From: the human T2T-CHM13v2.0 reference genome, Homo sapiens
Assembly (NCBI RefSeq): GCF_009914755.1
Contig: NC_060930.1
DNA: 64,000 bases
Reading direction: 5' to 3' (one strand)
Below the pieces are notes generated by a model. The model was not told the DNA's origin and ran no database searches. It worked only from the letters and a program-made list of their open reading frames with translations. Shown in pieces: positions 15,314-29,276 of the stretch. The translations under genes and the position numbers were made by a program. The stretch's first letter is position 1. The number at the start of each line of letters is the position of its first letter.

Positions 15314-17384
15314 TCAATTCCATTCATTATTTTTAGATAAATCACATTTGATAAGTTTACTGAATCATAACAATTATGTACATCCTATCAATTTCAATGT
15401 CGGTTTTCTAGAAACACATTTTATTCAGATACTCTCAACAAACTCTGAAAAATATTTCTAATACCAAAGTGATGAAAATAAGTCTGCATTTTTCTACGTG
15501 TGACAAACAGAAGCAAAAGGCAAAGATGATCAGGTGATGATGAAAGCAATGGGATATTTTCACTTTATTGAGTTTTTTAAAAGAAGAAACTTTTTAAATG
15601 ATAAATCATTAGATTTGTGAGTCTGAGGTTCTTTTAAAAATGACATATTGAAATATTTAAAGTAAGTTTTATTTCAAAAGTCCTTTCTATAAAGTAATAA
15701 TTTATCCATAATAATAAGTTATTTGGTCAGTTTAGATAATTAATTTTACTCAGTTACTACCTAGTTTATTTTACTGAAATTCGCATGTCTTTTCACACTC
15801 CCGCTGCTTCTCTCAGCCGTCACACAGCATCCACTGTGAGTCTGCACCATGTCAGCCCTGCCTGTGGTCACTTTCATTTTCTGGTTCCTATGATCTAACC
15901 TCATGTTCTGATTGGGTTTGCAGCATTGCAGGGGAATGCATGAATCCACACCCTGAAGGCCAAAACGGAGGGAAATAAAGCTAAATCTATTTTTATTGAT
16001 TCACGTTCAATATTTTAACACCCTGATTTTTTACCCACAAATTTGAATTTTCTTCTTTCAGTTTTATGCCCAATTTACAGTTTGCAAGTACTGACTTCCC
16101 AGTAAGTTGTTTCAACCTAATTCCTCTTTTTCCTTTTCAAGTTCACAGAAGGCATTTTCCGAGTCGGTTGTGTTTCCGTCTCCTACTTGGCCCTATTCGC
16201 ATGACACAGGGTGCAAGGCCACAGAATTAAACGTGAGCAGTAGCTCCCGGTGTATCTCCTTTCGTACCCAGAATCCTACCAGGAACCAACTGACAAAACG
16301 ATTCTGAAAATAAGAGGTCCCTGTGTGAGAAAGGGAGGAAACTTCCCTAACCATATTTAGCCAAGAAACAGTGTAAGTCCCCAGGGAACAGTCTTCAGCA
16401 GCCATTGCATGATTTCATGAAGTAGCTGCTCCTTGGCAGGCAGTAGGAAAACACTTTTCAAAAAAAAATCCATGTTTTCCTTCAAGTAGCTGTCACTCCT
16501 TTAGAAAAACGTTTTTTTTAGGCCTACAGCCTGAAGGAAGGGTGATCTTTTGTGGATTTTTCTAAAGTTTGTGTTAGTCAGATTAAACAATGTACAGGTT
16601 ATGCATATGGAGAAGCCGATATCATGTTAACGCTCTTGGCTTGGATGCAAAATTAATATCCTACAAGGAAATTATTATATATCCGCTGAGTTTCAAAGAC
16701 TAGCTTCTTCTAGCACAAATGAATTATCATATTCATAGACAACTTATTATAATCAGTTTTTCCTGAGCCCAACAACTCAAAATGCACTACAGTTTCGTAC
16801 TCAAATAGATGAAAATTAGAGCTGATCTCTGTTCAACAAAGACAAAGGCACACATGACACTGTGCACCACCAGTTTTCACAAAACATTTAAAACTCGGAA
16901 CCAAAATTTGAGAACAGAGAATTTCTTGGTGTATTTTACTAAAAATAAATATATATTGTTTAATTACACTGGCAAACTTCTCTTGAATCCATGCAAAATG
17001 AGTCAATGCTATTTACTGGATGTTCCAGAATCAAAGCTATGGGAAAACCTTTGAGAAAATACATCTTAATACTAGAGATATTCTCAATAATGAAAGAAAA
17101 GACTGGCATATCCTCAAATGCACAGTGCTTTCTCCTGTGTAGTTACCTTTAACATCCTTAAATGGAAATGCCAGGAGAAGCTCTGGGACAAGAGTAAGTA
17201 CAAAAAAGCCCAAATGTCCATTCATTCTTAGCGAAGGAAGAGTTACTTCCTGTCACCTGACCCATCAGACAAGTGACCCTTGCAAAGGCCACATACCCAA
17301 GTAAGCAATGCCTAAAAATCAGAAAGAGGGACCGCTTTACGCATTGCATCTACCGAAGTGCCACACTCTTAAGTTCAATATGAA

Positions 17385-17520
17385 TTTAAAAAAATAAAAA
17401 ATTGAGTTGGAGTCTCACTCTGTCACCCAGGCTGGAGTGCAGTGGCGGGATCTCGGCTCAAGGCAACCTCACCTCCCAGGTTCAAGCGATTCTCCCGCTT
17501 CAGCCTCTCAAGTAGCTGGG
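17385..17520 (-). mobile_element. 5'-truncated Alu (right arm only)
   Basis: Right-arm sequence; caatatgaa duplicated on both sides. Confidence 0.85.
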
Positions 17521-17651
17521 CAATATGAACAATTAAAATAAGCCTTTACATCTGATCGGCCATTAATATTAAATTATCAGTGAGTGTTAAAGTGGGGGAG
17601 GTGGGAGTAATGGAGACCTCGTTGGGGAGGTGCTTGTTGGAAAGACTGCGA

Positions 17652-17755
17652 TTAGGGTGAACACTGATCCCAGTCTGCCCACTCGGGACTAAGGAGTTTG
17701 CCAGGACGTGGGACTTGTGGTGCCAAGACTAGGAAAGTCCCAGTTGGTCAGTCCC
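17652..17755. mobile_element. MER81-like hAT-Blackjack element
   Basis: tagggtga...cgggactaaggagtttgccaggacgtgggact...aaagtccc...ttggtca. Confidence 0.55.
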
Positions 17756-17985
17756 AGCACGCAGATGTGACTAAATCACTGGGACTGAGCAAAGATAAAG
17801 GTTATCACACACAACATCAATCATAAGAGCAGGGTAAACCCAACTGACCTTCAGCTTCGAGGACACACATTTATTCTAACGGCTCTCAGTGGTAAAGTCA
17901 AGTGTCAACAGTGAAATGATCACACAAAAAATTAAGGCTTCTTTTCCCCCAAGCAGATTATACATATTAATTAAATGGTAGAGAA

Positions 17986-18076
17986 GTCAGGCACAGTGGT
18001 TCACTCCTGTAATCCCAGCTTAAGGCCAGGAGTTCAAAACCAGCCTGGGCAACATAGCAAGACTCCATCTCTAAAA
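17986..18076 (+). mobile_element. FLAM/AluJ monomer with internal deletion
   Basis: cctgtaatcccagc-ttaaggccaggagttcaaaaccagcctgggcaacatagcaag. Confidence 0.75.
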
Positions 18077-18967
18077 GTTAGAAAAATTGTCCAGTCAAAG
18101 AGGCAGAGAAGAATCTAGTGACACTGCTTCTCTGACAGCAAAAATAGGTCATTAAACGAAATCTATATGTATTCAATATATGTATACATTTTATGTGTGT
18201 TGTTTAAATGTATATTTGCTACATTGCTAAAAGCTGATGCATAAGAAACCCTCAATCCAACATAATTGTGTAGTAATGGGATTTTTTTTCTTTTTTTACT
18301 CTGTTAATGTAACAAGAATTTAACTTGCAGGCTACAAGGGTAATAAAGAAATGGGGAAAATTCACTCTCTGATAACAATTCCTAGGTCTAAAGACTAACA
18401 GCCTGATGCTGTATCATACCCCAAACCGGCACATTCAATAATCATGAAAGAGGCATTTGGGAATTTCCAGAGGTGGCCACGTGTCCACCATCTCCATCAG
18501 CCTTCCTCTTCTCCAGGCTGCAGTTCACACAGACATGGCCCGCCCACCTTCAGGAGAAACCAAGACATTAAGGAAACAATGGTCACCATCCAGGAGCGGG
18601 ACTTAACACAGCCCTTTACCATATGCAGGGCCTCAAAGAAGGGGTTCAGGGCCCCCCAGAAAAAAAATGTTTTAGGCCTCCAACAAGGGGGTAGTTGGTA
18701 CTGACATGCAATGAAGTCAGCTCTGTCTCTCGTCCTCTCTCCTGTCCCCTCCCTGTGTCCAGAAAGGGGTGATTTGTACAGCTTCCCCTCCTCTTGTAAG
18801 AAACCTTGTTCACAAGAGAGTCGCAACTAAAACTGTGAACTTACCAATGAAATGTGAGCGATGAAATGTGTTGAGAGAGCGCATTAAATGAATGTTACAT
18901 AGGTACTAAAAGAGCCCTAGGAGCATGGGCTGGCTGCGGGCTAGTCTCTCCTTCATATGAGAGAAGC

Positions 18968-20426
18968 GTGTAGTCTAGTGTAGTCTAGTGTAGTGCAGTG
19001 TAGACTAGTGTAGTGTAGTCTAGTGTAGTGTAGTCTAGTGTAGTGTAGTCTAGTGTAGTCTAGCATAGTCTAGTGTAGTGTAGTGTAGTCTAGTGTGGTG
19101 TAGTGTAGTGTAGTGTAGTCTAGTGTAGTCTAGTGTAGTGTAGTCTAGTGTAGTGTAGTCTAGCATAGTCTAGTGTAGTGTAGTCTAGTGTCGTGTAGTG
19201 TAGTGTAGTGTAGTCTAGTGTAGTGTAGTCTAGTGTAGTGTAATGTAGTGCAGTGTAGACTAGTGTAGTGTAGACTAGTGTGGTGTAGTGTAGTCTAGTG
19301 TAGTGTAGTCTAGCGTAGTGTAGTCTAGCATAGTCTAGTGTAGTGTAGTGTAGTCTAGTGTGGTGTAGTGTAGTGTAGTGTAGTCTAGTGTAGTGTAGTC
19401 TAGTGTAGTGTGGTGTAGTGTAGTCTAGTATAGTGTAGTGTAGTGTAGTCTAGTGTAGTGTAGTGTAGGCTAGTGTAGGCTAGTGTAGTGTAGTAGTGTA
19501 GTCTAGTATAGTGTAGTATAGTCTAGTGTACTGTAGTGTAGTATAGTGTAGTCTAGTGTGGTGTGGTGTAGTGTAGTGTAGTCTAGTGTACTGTAGTGTA
19601 GTGCAGTGTAGTGTAGTACAGTCTAGTGTAGTCTAGTATAGTGTAGTCCAGTGTAGTGTAGTGTAGTCTAGTGTAGTCTAGTGTACTGTAGTGTAGTGTA
19701 GTGTAGTCTAGTGTACTGTAGTGTAGTGTAGTGTAGTCTAGTGTAGTCTAGTGTACTGTAGTGTAGTGTAGTCTAGTGTACTGTAGTGTAGTGCAGTGGT
19801 CTAGTGCAGTGTAGTCTAGTGTAGTACAGTCTAGTGTAGTCTAGTGTAGTGTAGTGTAGTCTAGTCTAGTGTAGTCTAGTGTAGTGTAGTCTAGTGTAGT
19901 CTAGTGTAGTGTAGTGTAGTCTAGTGTAGTCTAGTGTAGTCTAGTGTAGTGTAGTGTAGTCTAATGTAGTGTAGTGTAGTGTAGTCTAGCGTAGTGTACT
20001 GTAGTCTAGCGTAGTGTACTGTAGTCTAGCGTAGTGTACTGTAGTCTAGTGTACTGTAGTATAGTGTAGTGTAGTATAGTCTAGTGTAGTGTAGTCTAGT
20101 GTAGTGTAGTCTAGTGTAGTCTAGTGTAGTCTAGTGTAGTGTAGTCTAGTGTAGTGTAGTGTAGTCTAATGTAGTGTAGTGTAGTCTAGTGTAGTATACT
20201 GTAGTCTAGCGTAGTGTACTGTAGTCTAGCGTAGTGCACTGTAGTCTAGTGTACTGTAGTATAGTGTAGTGTAGTATAGTCTAGTGTAGTATAGTCTAGT
20301 GTAGTGTAGTCTAGTGTAGTGTAGTGTAGTCCAGTGTAGTGTAGTGTAGTCCAGTGTAGTGTAGTGTAGTCTAGTGCAGTGTAGTCTAGTGTAGTGTAGA
20401 CTAGTGTAGCATAGTCTAGTGTAGTG
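18968..20426. repeat. Compound pentanucleotide tandem repeat (TAGTG/TAGTC)n, ~1.46 kb, ~290 units
   Basis: Directly visible; variant units TAGCA, TACTG, CAGTG, TAGTA, TGGTG. Confidence 0.98.
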
Positions 20427-20590
20427 ATTGGTGTGTCATCTCAGGAATCAGACAACCCCGGGCCCTCACTCACATAGAGCACCGGGGACAAGCTGCTTCC
20501 ACTTGCTGCCATTTATAATGGCTACATGATCGGGCAGCTATAAACATCAGATGAGATGAGATATTTAATGGCACCCAGTCAATGTTAACT
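20420..20590 (+). mobile_element. Degraded MIR continuing from the pentanucleotide array
   Basis: tagtgatt...ggaatcagacaaccccggg...cactcac...ggacaagctgctt...atgagatgagatat follows the MIR consensus order. Confidence 0.5.
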
Positions 20591-21390
20591 TCTAATAACT
20601 GACTCTTAGAGACCCTGTAGTAAACTTAAAAGTCTCAACCTACAGTAATCTAGATTTCTACAGAGAAGACTGTGTTTCAAGAAGCTGAGACCACATTTCT
20701 GTCTTTCCCTACTTACATGCTTCACTCTTCTCCATTAATTGTATTATTTCCCTGTCAATTCCTGTCCTTTAGCTAATAAAGAAAAACTTGACAAGCCACT
20801 CCACTTCCGGGCCACGATACATTTTGCAATACCCAGAACCAGTCTATATGCTCACAGGAGGATAACATCAAATAAAGCAATTTTTTGTTTTCTTTTGTGT
20901 CTCTCTCCCACCCCCACCCTGGCCAGGCAGTATCTGCACTGTGCATGAGAAGGTGATGATGGGGGGGTAGAAATGGCCAAAGAGATGCTTCTCGTAAGTA
21001 TCTGAGTAAAATATCTTGAGACATGTCGAACCTGAGCAATTTCCCACCAGCCTTGCACTTAGAGAGGCTACAAAGCATACCAGGGAATCTGCAGTCAGGT
21101 CACTGTGGAAAACCTAGCTGTTCCCTTCTTTAGAAACAGCCGAGGAAATGGTGAAACATTGTGCAGAGCCACTGAAGGCTAAGGGAAGAGAGAAAACGAT
21201 CAATAAGTAAATGGATGGGTGCACTGTGGGGTGGCCAAAGGCAGAGGAAGAGGAAGGCAGGCCACTGCTTCACCTGGTGGCAAGGATCATGGAAGAGCCC
21301 AGAACTCTTCTGGACTCTACCTTTGGTTCTAGAGCAGATTAAAACAGCAGAGAAATTGTGTCTGTCTCTCCAGACAAAAAGGATAGAGAA

Positions 21391-21702
<312 letters not shown>

Positions 21703-22107
21703 TCACACTATTAGTCTTTACTCCAGTTCTAATTCTACATGTATTGTCCTGAGTATTTGAAGAAAAAAAATTTAAATGACCCTAATCAAGTTTTATGTTA
21801 CTAATGAAAATTACACTGTAAAATGATACATTAAGTTCAGTATATTTTAAAGATACATTGAAAACATTTATAGAACTAAAAAAAAAGGAATTATGTTCAA
21901 TGAATCCTCACCTAGCAAATTTAAGCTTTCAAAAAAAAAAAAACTAAGCTTCGTAAACTATTTAAAGCATTGCCTATAATGCTTATGATACAAAATTTAG
22001 AAAGTCAAACCTATTCTTTCTGGAATTGAAAAACCCCTTTCCCCTTCAAAATAGGATCTCCGGCAGGCTGCATACGATTGAAACTGTCAGTAAAGAAACA
22101 CAGGATT

Positions 22108-22890
<783 letters not shown>

Positions 22891-22934
22891 TATGTGTGTT
22901 TGTGAGTGTGTGTGTGTGTGTGTGTGTATGTGCA

Positions 22935-23280
22935 TGCGTGTGTGTCACTTAATGGAAACACGTGAGAAACGTGTTGCTAGTTGGTTTCATTGTTGTGTGA
23001 ACATCACAGAGTGGACTTACACAAACCCATATGGTCCAGCCTACTACATACCAAGGCTTTATGCTATAGACTACTGCTTCCAGGCCACAGACTGTACAGC
23101 ATGGTACTGTACGGAATACTGTAGACAACTGTAACACAATGCTAAGGATTTGTGTATCTAAACATATCTAAACATAGGAAAGCTACAGTAAAAATATGGT
23201 ATTATAATCTTATGTGACCACCATCATATATGTGGGTCTGTTGTTTACCAAAACATCCTTATATAGTGGGTGATTGTGTA
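22935..23280 (-). mobile_element. Tigger3 (MER7) DNA transposon, preceded by (TG)n
   Basis: Reverse complement of the element type at 7297 (tattataatcttatgtgacca...). Confidence 0.78.
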
Positions 23281-23427
23281 TGTAGACATGCACACACACA
23301 CACAAAGTGGGGCCATCAGAAAACATGTTCTATGTAAAAGTTCATGCTAGAAAGAAACCCTGTAAAGAAAGAAACTTCTTTTATAATCAATTTAGATGCC
23401 AAGGGATACTGTCTTGTGCTCTGCCTT

Positions 23428-24090
<663 letters not shown>

Positions 24091-24289
24091 GCCTTTTAAC
24101 CTATGACATAGGAATTGATGACAGAGGGAGAGAGAGAGAGAAAAAAAACAGATAAACCTAAACATTCTGAAAATGCTATCAAGGGAAGCACATCTAAAAC
24201 ATAAACTTAAAATATAATACAAAATTATTCCTATATTTTAAACTTACTTCAGGAAAGCAGGCTTGTAGCTTAGACTCTGCAGACTTCAA

Positions 24290-24990
24290 TGCTCACACTG
24301 TGGGGTCACCAGTGGCCTCTCAGTTGCGGAACCCAATGGTGGGCTTTCCCTCCCCTCCTCCCTCATGAGTGGGCATTCACCCCTGACCAATATGGTCCTT
24401 TTAGAAACACTCTCTTCCTGACCCCAATCATGAATATGTCCCCAGGTTTTTCTCTCTAATTTATATTCTTTAACACCTCTGAAATACCTGTCTGTTCCAA
24501 TAACTCTGAAAGTCCTCCTTTCTAGCCTGGCTTCCTCCTCCTCAGTGGCTGCATGCTTCTCTGGTTGCCTGCCAGACATCTCCATGAGGATTTCCTGCTC
24601 CCTCCACAAATCCAAACTTGACAATGGGAAAGTGAATGAAGTACTCTCTCCACAAGGCCAAGGCCTCCTCATCAAACTCTGCTTCTGTCATTCATTCAGT
24701 CTGGTTCAAAGTCTTGGATCTTCCTTAACGTCCCCTTCTTCCTTGCCACCATATCACATCAAGCTTTGAGTCATATCCATCCACCTCTCACAAGAGTTCC
24801 CACAAGAACTGTCCCTCCTCTGGCCCAGGCCTCGTGGCCTCAGGCTGGCTCTCCTGGGCTGGCCCTGGCACACTCTCCAGCATCTGGTCTCTCTCGCTCC
24901 CCACCCAACCCATGTACATCCATCTTCCTAAAACACTTCTTGCTTCATGTCATTCCCCGATTCAAAACACTTTTATCTCGGTACACTCTT
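24290..24990 (+). mobile_element. L2 fragment
   Basis: L2 ORF2-derived pyrimidine-rich sequence (ttgcctgccagacatctccatgagg, ttcaaaacact). Confidence 0.55.
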
Positions 24991-25279
24991 TATTTTCCAG
25001 GTTGACTTGAACATTCAAGTGTCAATCATGCTAGCACTGTTAGACGTTTAAGACTTTAAATTTCAAGAGACAAAACTTTGAATGTAATTCGTCAGCTCTG
25101 ATTGTCTCTTGCAGCATTTCTCTGTTTTTTATTTTCCTTTCTCCTAAGCCCTCCTAAAACTTAACATTCTAACATTAACTAATTCCAGTTCAAAATTCCA
25201 GCCCCTAAGTCACTGAGGCTGATTCCCACGTTAGGAGTTTTAAGTCCTAATCTTGTACAAATGAATTGCAGCAAACTCT

Positions 25280-26790
25280 TCATTCACCCATCGGAAAAAC
25301 TTCACTGAGCAGCAGCTCTGTACCAGACACTGCTGCAGACCCTGGAAGCACAACAGTGAACAAAGCAAACCAGGTTCTTGCCTTCAACATGCTTATAGAC
25401 AGGGAGTCAAGAAAGTAATATCATAAATGTGACATGATCATAAGTGTTTTGAAGAAAAATAAAGGTCAGTAAAATAAAGGTACAGAGCAGGTGTCACAGG
25501 CAGTGGATGCCACTTCACATGAGTTAGTCTGGGGAGACCCGTTGGTAGGGATACACTCCAGCAGTCCTGAACGCAGGAGGGCCTGAGCCTCAGGTATCTG
25601 GAGGAAGAGTTTGCTATGCAGTGTGTTCAGTTAGTACAAAGGCACCAAGGGGAAGTGTGTTTGGTGAGCTCAAAGTGCATGGAGAACAATGCACTTGACC
25701 CAGTGAGAGAGAGAGTGCTGGAGAGACGGCCGAGTGGCAGAGGAAGCCAGCCTTCTTCATTCAGGGCAATGGGGAGGACTCTGGATTTGACCCAGTCTGT
25801 GACAAGACCACAGGGCCACAGAAGTGAGACAGCTGACTGGCCCTGCGCAAGGCTCACTCCTGCTGCTGTGTGGAAGGAGACCAGCAAGGAGCCAGGCCAA
25901 GGCCGGGAGGCTAAGGAGAGGCTGTCTCACTGGTCCAGGAATGGGCTGCAGGCAGAGCAGTGCAGGTGGCAAAAAGTGGGTGAAGCTGGAGTCCACAAGA
26001 CTTGCTGTCTGGTGAGGTGTGATACTAAGAGTGGAGCCAAGAATGACCTCAAAGACTTGGACCTGAGCAAATGGAAGAATAGTGATGTCATTTTCAGAGG
26101 TAAGGGTAGAAACTTAAGGTTTGGTTTTGAACAAGTCTAAGATACCTGACCGATATGGTTTGGCTGTGTCCCCACCCAAATCTCATCTTGAATTGTAGCT
26201 TCCAGAATTCCCACCTGTCATGGGAGGGACCTGGTGAGAGGTAATTGCATCATGAGGGTGGGTCTTTCCTATGCTGTTCTCATTATAGTGAATAAGTCTC
26301 ACGAGATCTTATGGTTTTATAAGGGGAAGTTTCCCTGCACAAATTCTCTCTTGCTGCCATGTAAGAAGTGCCTTTCACCTTCTGCCATGATTGTGAGGCC
26401 TCCGCAGCCACATGGAACTGTGAGTCCAGTAAACCTCTTTTTCTTTATAAATTACCCAGTCTCAGGTATGTCTTTATCAACAGCATGGAAACGGACTCAC
26501 ACACTAACTTTCCATGAAAACACTGAATACACAGTTTAATATATGATTCGTTGCGTTCGGGGGAAAGTAAAGTTTGCAGATCAACTTGTGAGTTATCAGT
26601 TTATAGACAAAGCTGTGGGACTAAGTGGGCGAAGAGAGAGGTTGGAGGCCTGAGCTTTGCAGCCTCCCAACATTTAGAGATTGAGAGGATGAAGTGGGGC
26701 AGCGAAGGACAAAACCCAACTCAAGAAGGGTCCTGGGGATCAAAGACACAGTTACCCAGGAAGGAGGGTGCAGCCAGCTTCATCACATGC
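25280..26790 (-). mobile_element. L2 (antisense) interrupted by a THE1 LTR
   Basis: cattcaccca...actgagcagcagctctgtaccagacactg...acaacagtgaacaa is an L2 3' end on the minus strand. Confidence 0.65.
26151..26503 (+). mobile_element. THE1B/C solo LTR
   Basis: gatatggtttggctgtgtccccacccaaatctcatc...acggactcacaca; TSD ctgac/ctaac. Confidence 0.88.
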
Positions 26791-28756
26791 TGCCAAGAGG
26801 AAATTCTTAGTTCTCTCCCTCGCATAAGAAAGTCTCTTAGATCAGGGAATCACGCTCAGGAAACCACACAAAAGTCGAAAATGAAAGTTTTCATGAAGGT
26901 GTTTATTCCAGATGTTTTCTTTTTTGGATTAGATGTTAAGATTTCCATTCGCTGAGTATGTTCATTCTCTTATGTTTCAACATTAACACCTCCACTGTAG
27001 AAAACATGCAGATTATTGATGTTAACTCTAAAAGAAAACTTTTAAATAAATCTTCCCAAATACAACCATATAGAAAATTTTCTGAGTTAATAAGTAACAG
27101 GAAATAACTATTTAAATAGCAGACTTTCAATAACCTAACAAAGAGAGAAGATGTTTGGAATATACAATTTTTTGAAAGGGATAATTATTTCTTCTTGACA
27201 GAAAACACTTTCCAATCTTTCATAGCTTACCTAAAATACCACGGCTGAAACTATTAATGTGTTAGGAAAGAAGACTTTCTTACCATTCAGGATTAAGAGA
27301 GAAGGTAAAAGGCACTTTGCGATTTCCCTCCCTGGTGCGGCTCACTTTCACTCCTACCCACAGTGGTGAGAAGGGGAAAGCGAGGTGGGGCGGTGGGGGG
27401 AAGTTGAAGGAGCTGGGGGTGGGGTGGACAGGGACAGTTAACAAACACAAAGGGTCATTCCAGAGGGTCCTATCTGGAGCATCAGGGACGGGCTCAGTAG
27501 CCCTTCTGGGTCCTTCTGGACCTGAGGATTTATGACACGGGCTTAGTTTAGATGTCTGTAATTTTAGAAGAGAAGCAACACTTCAGATGGTGACCCAGAC
27601 TTGCCCCTGGAAAAGCCACAGTTCAGAGGCAGGAGAAAATGATATTCACTGACCTCTTTCACATCTCTAAATCTGTCCTTTCTGACAGGCAGGATTGCAA
27701 GTCCAGGTCACTTCCCATTGGTTCGAAAACTACCCAATTGCCTTAGGTGCACAAAGAAGTTTTATTTGCGGCTTTATTTAAAATTCAAGTTATAGGGATG
27801 CTTTATTGCTTTTATACAAAACATTAACTATTTGTTGAAGGTCTCACAATGTAACATAATCTGTATGTAACATACAGGCATAAGCCACCACACGTGGCCC
27901 TGTTATTTCCATCAGAAAACTAAGGCCTGATGTATTTTAAATGCATATTCTATTAATGATATATTTTGTTTCTATTTTGTTTCTATTAGTACATAATTTC
28001 CCGCAAGTATACTGTTCAACAATCACCATGCCATATGATTAATTCTTAGAAAGCAAATGGGAACTAAATAAAGATGATGCCAGATGGGCCTAAATATCCA
28101 AAAGCTGCCTAGGGCTATCACAGAAATCACAGAAGATGTAATTCCACACTATCAGATGGAGCACGACACAGACACCAAGCTCTGTGGATGCCCTGCTGCA
28201 CCCAAGCTGCCGTGACTTGGGGGAAGAGGGACAAACAGCCTGGGAAGTGGGAGTGTCACCTCCAGCTGCTGGCAGAGCAGAGTAATCAAACACCACACAA
28301 AACACCCAGTTTACAAACGGCAGGGATTTTCATTTTCATTTTCTAGCCAGAGACCTGTCCATACTTTAAGGTGTTAAATGGCATATCACTAAATATCTTT
28401 ATTTTCCAGCACAACCACTGTTTCTAAAACTCTGCAACAGGCAACTGTACCTATCAGAGCAAGACTCTGAACCTAGAATTCATCTGAATGAAATCTGAGA
28501 AGCCGCATTACCTATCACCAAGTCCAACCCATAAAGCTGAAGCCACTTACTGGCAAAGTTGCCTCTGTCTTGCATTTGAAAGCAATTTATTCTTACTTTA
28601 CACATAATTGTGACACCTTGGGGCTTACCTGGAATATAAACCAATGCCAGGGTACATCAGGATGACAAACAAAAATGCCTGTGAATTATAGTAACCTTAA
28701 ATGATGAGAATTTAAAAGATATCATAAACTTAAACCATGAGAAATTAACAGAATAA

Positions 28757-28978
28757 TGCACAGTACAACTCCAGGATCGGCTTGCCTGGGTTTTGAAATT
28801 CGGTGTGCACTCAGGCCAATCTACTTAATTTCTCTGACATGTATTTTCTTAAATATTCAATGGAGATAATAGTTATTACCACCTCACAAGGATGTACTGA
28901 GGCTTAAATAAAATAATCCAGGCAAAAGGCTTAGCACAGTGCCTAAAATAGAGCGAGCATGCACTAATGTGATAGTTC
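28757..28978 (+). mobile_element. MIR
   Basis: MIR core and 3' end (ggagataatag...gcttagcacagtgcct). Confidence 0.7.
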
Positions 28979-29276
28979 TTTTCTTTTCTCTTTTTTTTTT
29001 CAGAGGTAGAGTCTTGCTCTGCTGCCTAGGCTAGAGGGCAGTGACACGATCACATAGCTCAATGTAGCCTCAAACTCCTGGTCTCAAGATATCCTCTAGC
29101 CTGAGCCTCCTAAGTAGCTGGGACTACAGGCACATGCCACCACACCCGGCAATTATTTTTATTTTTTAATATTTTTGTAGAGATAGGGTCTCGATATCCA
29201 GGCTCGCCTCAAGTGATTCTCTTGCCTCAACCTCCCAAAGTGCTGGCATTACAGGCTTGAGCCACTGCACATGGCC
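28979..29276 (-). mobile_element. AluJ
   Basis: Antisense Alu with J diagnostics. Confidence 0.88.

Noticed and set aside
18968-20426. Repeat array as a CRISPR-like or telomere-like structure
   Set aside because: No unique spacers and no TTAGGG; simple 5-bp periodicity in a eukaryotic intron.
27225-27270. Second TAG|GTAAGC recursive-site-like motif on the minus strand
   Set aside because: Competing AGs lie 14-20 nt upstream and the pyrimidine tract is poor.
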